This document shows, in pieces, positions 50,951 through 61,818 of a stretch of DNA of 64,000 nucleotides. The position numbers and the translations under genes were made by a program. How positions within the stretch are numbered: the stretch's first letter is position 1; each line of letters opens with the position of its first letter. The stretch covers positions 124,001 through 188,000 of the forward strand of contig JAXLNO010005352.1 in assembly GCA_038087875.1 (NCBI GenBank). The letters run 5' to 3'. Under the pieces are notes generated by a model. It searched no databases. It worked only from the letters and a program-made list of their open reading frames with translations, and was not told where the DNA came from. This DNA is from Malacoraja senta (lineage: Eukaryota).

Positions 50951-51134
50951 TAATATAAGGAAGTCAGGCAGAGAGGATGAATGGTTAAAGGATGGAACTC
51001 TGGTGTTTGGGTTATGGCAGCCAATGAAACCACAACAGGGGTGCTTAAGTGGCCAAACCTACAGAAGCATCGATTTTCGGGAGATATCTCAGGAGATTTA
51101 GAGCTGGGGGAAGGATAGGGAGAGACAAACTCAA

Positions 51135-51372
51135 ATCAAGAGGTGCGGATGCTGGAGATCTGAAATAAAACAGGAAAAAAGGTGTAACACTCAACAGAAG
51201 AGTCGGCCTCTGTGCGGAGAAACAAGAGTTTATGGTTCAGGACCAAAACCAATCTGTCTTTCCCCAGTGTTTTCCAATTCAGATGAAGGATCATTGATCT
51301 TAACCAATAACTCTTTCCACAGAAGCAGTCTGACCTCCTGAGTATTTACAGCATCTTGGGGTTTTTGTTTTA
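51135..51372. mobile_element. Older palindromic Penelope-derived unit
   Basis: gatgctggagatctgaaataaaac... and cagatgaaggatc...ctgagtatttacagcatc. Confidence 0.55.
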
Positions 51373-53552
51373 TTTTGGGGAGGACCAAGTAGTCAGTTAG
51401 AGAAATACAGCAGGAAAACAGGCCCTTCCGCCCAATGAGCCACATTGACATGCAGCACTAATTTACACAGTAATCACATTTTCATTCTCCCCACATCCTC
51501 ATCAATATATACACACACAAATACACAGAGCTTTAGAAAAGGATTTTAACATCAAATATAATTTGCTGATTTCAATTATCATGCGATCAATGGTAGGTTT
51601 TTCCATGATCAGAATTGGGTTTTTTTAAACTTATTTTACTTTGAATATGTTGAAATTCTTATCCTTTTAATGCATCCATTCTAATTGACAAAGTTAACAG
51701 TTGTTCACCGAGGCAGTCCAATACTTGGGCTTGCACATTTCCCGTATCGCTAGCAGGTCTGATCAAATTCCACAATGGACAAAGACCAGAATACTGACTC
51801 TTGGCACCCTTCTTTCTTTGTGAACACCACAAACTAAAGTTCAGCCCATGCACCGCAAAAGCTCAAACTGCTGCCTTTTCCTGACTCCAACGGAGTTCAT
51901 TTTGCAGTGGAATGTTGCTTGGTCCTCCACAAATCAGAGCCGATTCAAAAGGGTCATTTGATCACTTCATATGCAAATAGCCATAAACCTACTCCACGCT
52001 GTGATCAAGGGAAATGGAGAGTGCCAGGCAGACAGAAGAGAACACCAACGACATGAACGGCCAGGCAGGATATCTTTTTGCTGGTTAGTGCGTCTACCCA
52101 GATCCCATCTAACCTGAAGTATCACTGCAGCTAGAATGACTTTGAGCAAACACAAACTACCCAAAGGACTGGGTTTCGATCTGGGCCTCAATGTTTAAGA
52201 ACGAGCTAATAAAACAGAGCTAGCTGAAAATTAAAATTTCAACACGAGGAGAAAAAAAAATCAAGCAATTTTTTATTTTATTTAAAGTGGATGTTTTCCC
52301 AAAATTGATTCCTTCCAAAGGGTGCTCAAAGTAATGAATGTGGTAATAGAATAAACTAAATTAATCAGGGAAAGATGCAGCTGATCATTTGTTGCTAAGG
52401 TGGTTAGCAAAACCTGCTAGAGTTCACTGACCACTGGCAAAGGATAACAAAAGCCAATTCTCCAATGAATAGCCTGGCCTCAGAGTCTAGGGTCACAGGG
52501 GTAGCCCCTGCAAAGGCTTTGTGGCAGCTTCTAAATGTTCAAGTTATTGTGTTGACCATCCTATCACTTTAAGATGTCAATGCTTTGCCACAGGGACAAG
52601 GCAATGACTTTCCTACAGCTCTTTTGTCCAGAAGAAAAGGTTTCCAAAACTTGGGAGCAATCACGTCAGGGGCACATTTTATCAAAAGGATGTTAAAATT
52701 AACTAATTGTGATCCTTAAAACATTTAGCAGTGCACATTTCCCCCCAATTTTGCTGAATTGTGAGTTATCTCCTCATGGAGATTAGGTTGCCGATGTAAT
52801 TGGCTATAAAAGCATAATTAGTATCACATTACCGAGATGAAATGAAAATTTGATTGATAAAATTTTAGCCTATAATCAGTTTTAATGGCATTTATCTCAA
52901 AATATTCCCAGGATTATTTTCCATCATTCACACTTGTTTCTACTACATACAAGCCAGCATATTTCAACAGTAAAACAAAACAAAGACAAAAACTGCAAAT
53001 GAAAATCCAAAAAAGACAGAAAATCCTATAAATACTCAGCAGGTCAAGCAGCATCAGTGGAAGGAGTTTACCATTTCTGATAAAGGGTTTACCATTTCTC
53101 CCATAAAATCTCAACAGAACCATGCAACTGAGAAGTAGTGAGCCTTGTATTCTAAAAAACAGATCATATCCAGGGCAATGGTAAATATCCACGTTGCTTA
53201 CCCTGATGGCTGTGCAGGGACAAAGATACACCTTGGCAGAAAGGGATCAGGATCTCGAGATGTCACAGTTGCACACCCTAGAAACTTATTCATAAAGAAC
53301 TCCCACTGGGTAAGGTACCAATAGATGAACAGAACCCACCGGACATTCTTCAGGAGTGACAAGGAAGATAGTGGGGACAGATTTTGTTTTTAATTTCTGA
53401 AATATTTGCTCAAAATAGTTCACAGCGCAATTCTTATTTCTGCCCAAATTGACATTAATTACAGCTAACTTAATTCTAATGTACATTTTGTCAAAAAAAA
53501 AAACGTTATTGAAACTGAGCTTTAGTTTGAGACAGAATTGAGTAAGATTACA

Positions 53553-54020
53553 TAGATACATAGAAAATAGGTGCAGGAGTAGGCCATTCGGCCCTTCGAG
53601 CCTGCACCGCCATTCAATATGATCATGGCTGATCATCCAACTCAGTATCCCGTACCTGCCTTCTCTCCATACCCCCTGATCCCCTTAGCCACAAGGGCCA
53701 CGTCTAACTCCCTCTTAAATATAGCCAATGAACTGGCCTCAACTACCCTCTGTGGCAGAGAGTTCCAGAGATTCACCACTCTCTGTGTGAAAAGGTTTTT
53801 CCTCATCTCGGTCTTAAAGGATTTCCCCCTTATCCTTAAGCTGTGACCCCTTGTCCTGGACTTCCCCAACATCGGGAACAATCTTCCTGCATCTAGCCTG
53901 TCCAACCCCATAAGAATTTTGTACGTTTCTATAAGATCCCCTCTCAATCTACTAAATTCTAGCGAGTATAAGCCAAGTCTATCCAGTCTTTCTTCATATG
54001 AAAGTCTTTCTTCATATGAA
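53553..54020 (-). mobile_element. Young CR1-type LINE 3' end
   Basis: ORF 53642-54058: LSYEERLDRLGLYSLEFSRLRGDLIETYKI...QRVVNLWNSLPQRVVEA. Confidence 0.9.
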
Positions 54021-54862
54021 ATTACATTCATTATTAACACTATCCCATCCGGTCTCATTCAAATTCTAAGACCAGAATTTACAGTACAATCAGTACTTTG
54101 AATTTAATAGCTTGCATGTTTACAGCTGACTATAAGTCACCGTTTAATGTTTTTCTTTGAATTAAGTTGTAGCCAGATTCCAATATGCAGGAAGACTATC
54201 ACCATAGCACAGCTCTATGTTCTGATGAATGATTTAACAAGGCTTGACGCTTCCAGTTTTTGCCTATGGCTGAATGACATACATAAGCTTTATACATAAA
54301 TTGATGAATGCCTGTCATTGTGCAGATAAACTCAATGACTGCTATTGAAGTGGAGCAGTGATAACACAAGTTTTAGCCCACAGGCTATGTTACACTTATT
54401 AGGCCAACAAAGAAGAAAGCATTTTCTGAGTAAAAAAAAACTTTAAAATGTGTACAGCAACTCAAATTATTTGTGTGTTAAGTCAATGTTATGCAGCTCT
54501 CAAAAATGTTAGTGATGCAAACATAAATGCTAGTTAGGAAATACACCGCTATTGCCATTATTAATACCCTTTTTACACCCAACTTCAAATGTCTGATGCT
54601 TTTACGAAAATGCCAGCATTCTAAACGGAAGCCATTTTTCCTGGTGAGGGCAAAAGGTTACACTGATTAAATGTCAATAACCCTATCAGTGGTTGAAATT
54701 CACAGTAACCTGATAGCCCAAGGCTATGAAAAATGTAGCTAGGTACCCTGCCATCCCACTTTTCTAGTCTTATGAAGATTGGTACAGGAATTAGATTACC
54801 AAATTACAAAAGAATGTCAAAATACTTCAGATTTTATAACCTATTTTTTACAAATCAACTAA

Positions 54863-55046
54863 TAAGCCTGTCCCACTTAGGCGATTTTTTGGGCGACTGC
54901 CACAAAATTTTCAACGTGTTGAAAACATTTTCGGCTGCAGTGGCGACAATTTTTGCTGTCGTAGGTTGACGTAGGTTGTCGCCAGGTGTCGTAGGTGAAT
55001 TCCATTCAAACTAGTCCCTGGCAGTCGCCTAAGTGGGACAGGCCCA
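54863..55046. mobile_element. PIF/Harbinger-like MITE (184 bp)
   Basis: TIRs t(aa/gg)gcctgtcccacttaggcga; TAA TSD at 54860-54862 and 55047-55049. Confidence 0.85.
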
Positions 55047-55074
55047 TAAGGGAGAAAAATCTGAACCACATATC

Positions 55075-55322
55075 CGCGTTATCAGACAACTGAATCATCC
55101 TACCACAGCCAGAGACCAGTCCTCATTGGTGACCCTCGGACTATCCTTGGTCGGACTTTGCTGGCTTTACCTTGCACTAAACGTTATTCCCTCATCATTT
55201 ATCTATACACTGTAAATGGCTCGATTGTAATGATGTTTTGTCTTTCTGCTGAATGGTTAGCACGCAACAAAAGCTTTTCACTGTACCTTGGTACACGTGA
55301 CCATAAACTAAACTTAGCTGAA
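55075..55322 (+). mobile_element. LINE/SINE 3' fragment (Rex1/L2-like)
   Basis: Closely similar to 57820-58108: ctggctttaccttgcactaaacgttattccc...cataaactaaact. Confidence 0.7.
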
Positions 55323-55582
55323 CTATTCATTGGAAGGCATCAAGCTGTTTGGCGAGCTGATAATGTTAATAAGTGATCATTACCCAGCTGGAAATAAAGG
55401 AAAAGTATCACCCTCCCTTAAGAAATGACATTGCCACTGGAGCCAAGTTAAAATCTATGCACTGATGCAAAGTAGGAGTAATGGGGCACTATCAAATATC
55501 ACGTGGTTATTGTTTTTCCTGTCAAAATCTCATGGGGCCAATGGTATGCCCAGTGGTCCAAAACCAATTAAATTCTCAACAA

Positions 55583-55679
55583 GCAAAAAAACAAACTGCA
55601 GGAGAAACTCAGCGGGCCAGACAGCATCTGTGGATGGAAGATCGACAGACAATGTTCGAGTTGGGTCCCTTCTTCAGAC
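55583..55679 (-). mobile_element. Solo Penelope-derived unit with TSD
   Basis: Ends ...cccttcttcagac; 9-bp TSD tctcaacaa at 55574-55582 and 55680-55688. Confidence 0.8.
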
Positions 55680-56612
55680 TCTCAACAAATTATGTCACCA
55701 CTGGTGAAAATGAATATTTGTTCACCTTTCTGAATTAAACTTGATTATCTGTGGTATCCCACACCCACATGTCAGGTAAAACAAGTCATTGGAAAAATAT
55801 TACATTTTATGGCATAATCTAACTGGCCATATTTCCTGAATGAGCATAAATTTACATTTCCTCCTCTACCCATCTTGGTCTATGTAATAAATCTGCAATC
55901 ACACATGAACCTATTTTGTACAATTACATCTACACATCTGGGCCAGTGAAGGTTGGCTCACTGTTAACTTATTTGACAGATCATTTTTGGCCATCACATT
56001 CAGAAGACATCATATCAGTCGTGAGAGTTTTTCAATATGTTGGCTCCCTGCTTTGTGTGGGCTGGGGTTCAAAATAAAACCAACTCCTCCAATACATTAT
56101 TACGTTTCTGTGCTTCTGAATTGAGCAGTGACAGCTTCGGGTACCTTTCACAATTCACTCTTCTTTATGCAAAGTCCATAAAGTGAAGCTTTTAGATCCA
56201 TAGCCAACATTGCCAAAGGGCCCGATTCTGTTCTGCAACTGCTACTCATCCAAGATTTCACTGGGAAAAGGAGGGTGTAGGTTAAAGTGGAAACATTAAC
56301 TTTTCCCCTTCCTGGTCCAAGTGATTAAGTGCAGTGTTACGAGTCAAAGATCAGCTAATATACACAGTGAAAACAGGGACAGGATTCACCATCTCATGGT
56401 AAGGACTCTTCATGTGTTATTCAAATAGAATGAGACTTTTCATATGAACTCCAAACAGCTCCAGCAATATCATCCCTGTTCCTTTAATTGATTCAGCATT
56501 ATATTATGACTTACAATATAATTAAGGCAGAATATTTCACATTCAGGTATATTATACACCAGTTTATTCACATTCTTAAAACTTTGTCTCGCACAAAAAA
56601 GATTAAAACTGT

Positions 56613-56703
56613 CCACAAAAAGTGCTGGAGTAGCCCAGCGCATCAAGCAGCATCGCTGAAGAACATGGATACGTAGCGTTTCAGGTCAGGAGCCTTCTTC
56701 AGG
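56613..56703 (-). mobile_element. Solo Penelope-derived unit
   Basis: cacaaaaagtgctggagtagc...cgtttcaggtcaggagccttcttcagg. Confidence 0.75.
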
Positions 56704-57309
56704 CACCATGAAATATGCCCATAATTGGCTAAAATTGATTTCCAGGACTGGATATCTCTGACATTCCAGAAATTTCTGGATATATTGCTCTTTAAACAAA
56801 ATCCCTCGGAAATCACAAGAAAACTACTTGTAAAAATCACTGCATTGAATAATCAATGTTTTAACAATAAGTCGCTGTTTTCTTCAGGTCTCAATTGTAA
56901 ATATATTTTTCTGTGCAGGGGGTCAAAAGTAAAATCGGAAAGGGTCACAACACTGAAGCTGTTTTTATCCTAAGGAAGCGCTAATGTAAAATTCATAAAT
57001 CATTACTTTTCAAATAGCAATCAAGTGATTATAACCATACACAAAGCATTGAAAAGTTACAGGTGAGGGAAGCAGGTATATGGAAAGTGGTGGAGGGAGA
57101 ATCTTTTTAAAATAAAATAGCTAGTTCAAACAAACAATGTATTTTATTTACACAGTTGAAACTCTCGCTGTTTTTTAAAAATCTTTTTCTGGGAGTTAAT
57201 CTTGAAACAGGATTTGATTACCCAAGAAACATTTTACTCAGCACTCATATGTGTTAGGTGAACAACTTTAATCTACCTACATTGGAGGTTTGCTGCAGTC
57301 TTGAGGGCC

Positions 57310-57508
57310 AGCATCATTGACTGACATATCAGCTCACCGAAAAATTTGCGGCCGTGTTGCGGCACGATGAAGTATTGACACATGTGTTTTTTCAAGTGTC
57401 GCAACATTTTTTTTGTCGCCGCTGGATTTTTAAATGTTCAAAATCTTTTGGCGACCCTGATATGACGCCGGCAGTCGCCGGAAAAAATCGCCAAGTGGGA
57501 CAGGCCCT
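57310..57508. mobile_element. Truncated PIF/Harbinger-like MITE (right end only)
   Basis: ...aaaatcgccaagtgggacaggccct followed by tta; left TIR absent. Confidence 0.75.
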
Positions 57509-57819
57509 TTAGAAGTATGATTGTACTACGGGGATTTACTTAGTTTTTGCTTTTGTGACTTAGATTTCAACCGGCTTAATGAAGATCCTCACCATCAGGT
57601 GGTTATATGGTTTAATACTAAGTTATGGCAGCCCTAGATTGGAATTACTGAGATGGAAAAAACTAGAACTGCCCACGCTATCTGGTTCTTAAAAAGAAAA
57701 AACTGCAAACACTTAGATCAAGCATCATCGGGGAAGAGAGAAACAGAATTAACATTTCAGTTCAGTGGTCTATCATCAGAACGTCCAATGCAAGGTCCTT
57801 GAAGCTGCTAGTCAATCCT

Positions 57820-58108
57820 ACTTCCAGATTCAGGGACAGTTTCTTCCCAACTGCTATGAGGCAACTGAACCATCCTACCACAACCAGAGAGCAGTCCTGA
57901 ACTAGTATCTTCCTCATCGGGGACCCTCGGACCATCTTTGATCGGACTTTACTGGCTTTACCTTGCACTAAACGTTATTCCCTTATCATGTATCTGTACA
58001 CTGCGAATTGCTCAATTGTAATCATGTATTGTCTTTCCGCTGGCTGGTTAGCACACAAGAAAAGCTTTTCACTGTACCCTGGTGCACGTGACCATAAACT
58101 AAACTGAA
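57820..58108 (+). mobile_element. LINE/SINE 3' fragment (Rex1/L2-like)
   Basis: ccagattcagggacagtttcttccc...cataaactaaactgaa; second copy of the 55075 repeat. Confidence 0.7.
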
Positions 58109-58662
58109 ATTCAATCTCCATAGAGGTGGCCTTGCCCAATGACTATTTCCAACTTTTCCCATTTTTAGTTCAATCCATTCCTAATTGGCATTGATAATTG
58201 CAATACTAATGAAGTTGTGCTGATTAGGATGGGATGAAGTTCCAGTGCAGAATATAATCTGGCATGGTCTGGTTGATCTGAAAGGTTTATTTTCATACTG
58301 TGTATTTAATGTAACGGCTGTTCTTTGAAAATGGTGCTGAAATTTGCCTCTGTATTCCACAATTTGAGATATGTAATAGGGGGGAAAAAAATCACATGTG
58401 GTTGAAGTGCACATTGTCAGGTTTGATGAAAGGGTATTTTCATACATTTTGGTTTCACCACATAGAAATTACATCTGTGTTTATACATAGTCCCCACATT
58501 TCAGGGCATCAAAATGTTTGGGACACATGGCTTCAAAGGTGTTAGTAATTGCTTAGGTGTGTTTAAATGCCTCCTTAATGCAGGTATAAGAGAGCTCTCA
58601 GCACCTCGTCTATCCTCCAGTCTTTCCATCACCTTTGGAACCTTTTATTGCTGTTTATCAAC

Positions 58663-59696
58663 ATGAGGACCAAAGTAGTGCCAATGAAAGTCTAAGAAGC
58701 CATTGTGAGACTGAGAAATAAGAATAAAACTGTTAGAGACATCAGCCAAACCTCAGGCTTACCAAAATCAACTGTTTGGAACATCATTAAGAAGAAAGAG
58801 CACTGGTGAGCTTACTAATCGCAAAGGGACTGGCAGGTCAAGGAAGACCTCCACAGCTGAGGACAGAAGAATTCTCTCTATAATAAAGAAAAATCCCCCA
58901 AACACCTGTCCGACAGATCAGAAACACTCTTCAGGAGTCAGGTGTGGATTTGTCAATGACCACTGTCCGCAGAAGACTTCATGAACAGAAATACAGAGGT
59001 TACACTGCAAGATGCAAACCACTGGTTAGCCACAAAAATAGGATGGCAGGTTACAGTTTGCCAAGAAGTACTTAAAAAAGCAACCACAGTTCTGGAAAAA
59101 GTTCTTGTGGACAGATGAGAGGAAGATTAACATATCAGAGTGATGGCAAGAGCAAAGTATGGAGGAGAGAAAGAATTACCCAAGATTCAAAGCATACCAC
59201 CTCATCTGTGAAACACGGTAGTGGGGGTGTTATGGCCTGGGCATGTATGGCTGCTGAAGGTACTGGCTCACTTATCTTCATTGATGATACAACTGCTGAT
59301 GATAGTAGCATAATGAATTCTGAAGTGTATAGACACATCCTATCTGCTCAAGTTGAAACAAATGCCTCAAAACTCATTGGCCGGCGGTTCATTCTACAGC
59401 AAGACATTGATCCCAAACATACTGCTAAAGCAACAAAGGAGTTTTACAAAGCTAAAAAATGGTCAATTCTTGAGTGGCCAAGTCAATCACCCGATCTGAA
59501 CCCAATTGAGCATGCCTTTTATATGCTGAAGAGAAAACTGAAGGGGACTACCCCCCAAAACAAGCATAAGCTAAAAATGGTTGCAATACAGGCCTGGCAG
59601 AGCATCACCAGAGAAGACACCCAGCAACTGGTGATGTCCATGAATGGCAGACTTCAAGCAGTCATAGCATGCAAAGGATATGCAACAAAATACTAA
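58663..59696 (+). pseudogene. Tc1 transposase pseudogene (DD34E)
   Basis: ATG at 58663, premature TAA at 58693 and frameshifts. Motifs LWTDE, VKHGSGGVMAW, FILQQD and SPDLNPIEH, with 34 residues between the second D and E. Confidence 0.92.
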
Positions 59697-59739
59697 ACAT
59701 AACTACTTTCATTTATATGACATTGCTGTGTCCCAAACG

Positions 59740-59938
59740 TCCCTCAGAGGCCAGTGGAGGCAGGTTCTCTGGATGCTTTCAAGAGAGAGCTAGATAGGGC
59801 TCTTAAAAATAGCGGAGTCAGGGGATATGGGGAGAAGGCAGGAACGGGGTACTGATTGGGGATGATCAGCCATGATCACATTGAATGGTGGTGCTGGCTC
59901 GAAGGGCCGAATGACCTACTCCTGCACCTATTGTCTAT
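59740..59938 (+). mobile_element. CR1-type LINE 3' end inserted into the Tc1 right inner direct repeat
   Basis: Splits tgtcccaaac / attatggtg; nearly identical to the 8274 and 38822 tails. Confidence 0.88.
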
Positions 59939-60449
59939 TATGGTGACCTGAAATGGGGGGGACTGTATAAACACTGCTGTAATTTCTACATGGTGAAACA
60001 AAAATGCATAAAATACCCTTTATTAAAATCTGATAATGTGCACTTTAACCACATGTGATATTTTCTATTACAAATATCAAATTGCAGAGTACAGAGGCAA
60101 ATGAATAAATGATGAGTCTTTGTCCCAAACATTATGGAGGGCCCTGTATGTTCCCTTGTTGCACTCGCAAGGCCTGTCAGATGCTCAGTCTTACACTGAA
60201 CCTCTTCAATCCTGCAAATCAGAAAGCAGGAGTAGTACTTTAAAGTTGCAGGAAACCAGATATCAATAGTTAAGGATGATGGCACATCCTCAGCTACTGT
60301 AAATAAACAGTACAAATTTCCACAAGTAACACATGAACAAATCTAATGAAGCAGACCAATTGTAGTTTTTTCATTCTATGAAAGAGACCACTGTTAATTT
60401 TCCCCCTCACCACCAGATTACACCTAACACTATAAATATTGGGGGAAAA

Positions 60450-60668
60450 AGGAGAGACTGCAGATGCAGGAATCTTGAGTATCAAAAACAAACTGCTGGA
60501 GGAACTCAGCAGGTCAAGCAGCATCTGTGCAGGGAATGAATAGATGACATTTCTGGTCAGAACTCTTCTTTAAACTCAAATGTTGTCCCAACTCGAAACG
60601 TTGTCCATCCATTTCCTGCCATGGATGGTGCCCGACCCATTGAGTACCTCCAGCAGATTGGTTTTTTT
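60450..60668. mobile_element. Degenerate palindromic Penelope-derived unit
   Basis: ctgctggaggaactcag ... tgagtacctccagcag inverted arms. Confidence 0.7.
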
Positions 60669-61099
60669 GCTATAAGCAATGGCATGTCCACTGTGTCATC
60701 TTAATGAAAGAAAGGGAATGTGGTTGGTGATCATGCATTGCTCAGAACCATCCCTCCCACAAGAGGTGAATGCTCTCGCCTCCAATACGCACCATATCAT
60801 CCGAGGAAATCAGATTTGTTATTACAACAAGCAGGTGCTTCTGACGCATCTTCTCATTTAATCCAATAATTCAATCTAGATGGCAGCTACTAATTCAGTT
60901 TGTAGCGCAAGATCACAGCTGCTTTAAATTAAAATACACACTGCATACACAGTAACAGGGTTTCCTCCACAGTCCAGCTAAAAAAAAACAGCACATTACG
61001 CTTCTCGTTTCCAACCCGTTCAAAACTATAATTTCGCAATTCAAAATCTCTATCATTTTGCTAACCTATTTCATAGCCGAGCACCTTCATCAGGACCAG

Positions 61100-61526
61100 T
61101 CAGTCATACAGTACAGAAACAGGCCCTTCGACCCAACTTGTCCATGCCCACCAAGGTGTCCCAACTTAGCTGGTCCCACCTGCCTGCATTTCACTCGTAT
61201 CCCTCCAAACCTTTCCTAACCATGTACCTGTCCAAATGTCCTTTAAATTTTGTTGACAGCACCTGCCTCAACTATCTACTCTGCCAGCCCAAACACCCAT
61301 CACCCTTTGTGAAAAAATTCACCCCTCAGGTTCCTATTCAATCTTTCCCCTCTCAACTTAAACCTACATCCTCTGGTTCTTGATTCACCTACTCTGGGTA
61401 AAAGACTCTGTGCAATCACCCTATCTATTGGATCATAATTGTCTGCACCTTTGTAAGATCAGCCCTCAGCCTCCTGCACCCCACAAAATAAAGTTCTAGT
61501 CTGTCCATGTAGCTCAGGCCCTCGAG
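61100..61526 (-). mobile_element. CR1/HER1-like LINE 3' end
   Basis: gaaacaggcccttcgaccca tail; homologous to 9850-10275. Confidence 0.75.
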
Positions 61527-61818
61527 TTTAGTTTAGTTTAGAAATGCCGTGTGGAAACAGGCCCTTCGGCCCACAATCTGTGCCAACCAGCAATCACCCG
61601 TACACTAGTTTTATCCTACACAGCAAGGACAATTTACGAAAGCCAATTAACCAATAAACATGCATGTCATTGGAATGTGGGAGGAAACTGGAGCACCTGG
61701 AGAAAACCCACTCAGTTTCAGGGAGAACGCACAAACTCCACACAGACAGCACCCATAGTAATGATTGAACCCGGGTCTCTGGCACTACAAGGCAACAACT
61801 CTACCACTGCGCCACCCC
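61527..61818 (-). mobile_element. tRNA-derived SINE (HE1/V-SINE-like)
   Basis: Reverse-complement homologue of 14523-14830, with (TTTAG)n tail and A/B boxes. Confidence 0.85.

Larger units (their letters stand above)
58342..60146 (+). mobile_element. Tc1-family DNA transposon with long IR/DR-type TIRs (left tip missing)
   Basis: Right end ...tgtcccaaacattatggagggccctg|TA. 58342-58525 is the reverse complement of the right TIR; inner repeat cagggcatcaaaatgtttgggaca. Confidence 0.9.

Noticed and set aside
59115-59696. Functional transposase gene
   Set aside because: Only the C-terminal part is open; the DNA-binding region and first catalytic Asp are separated from it by a stop and frameshifts.
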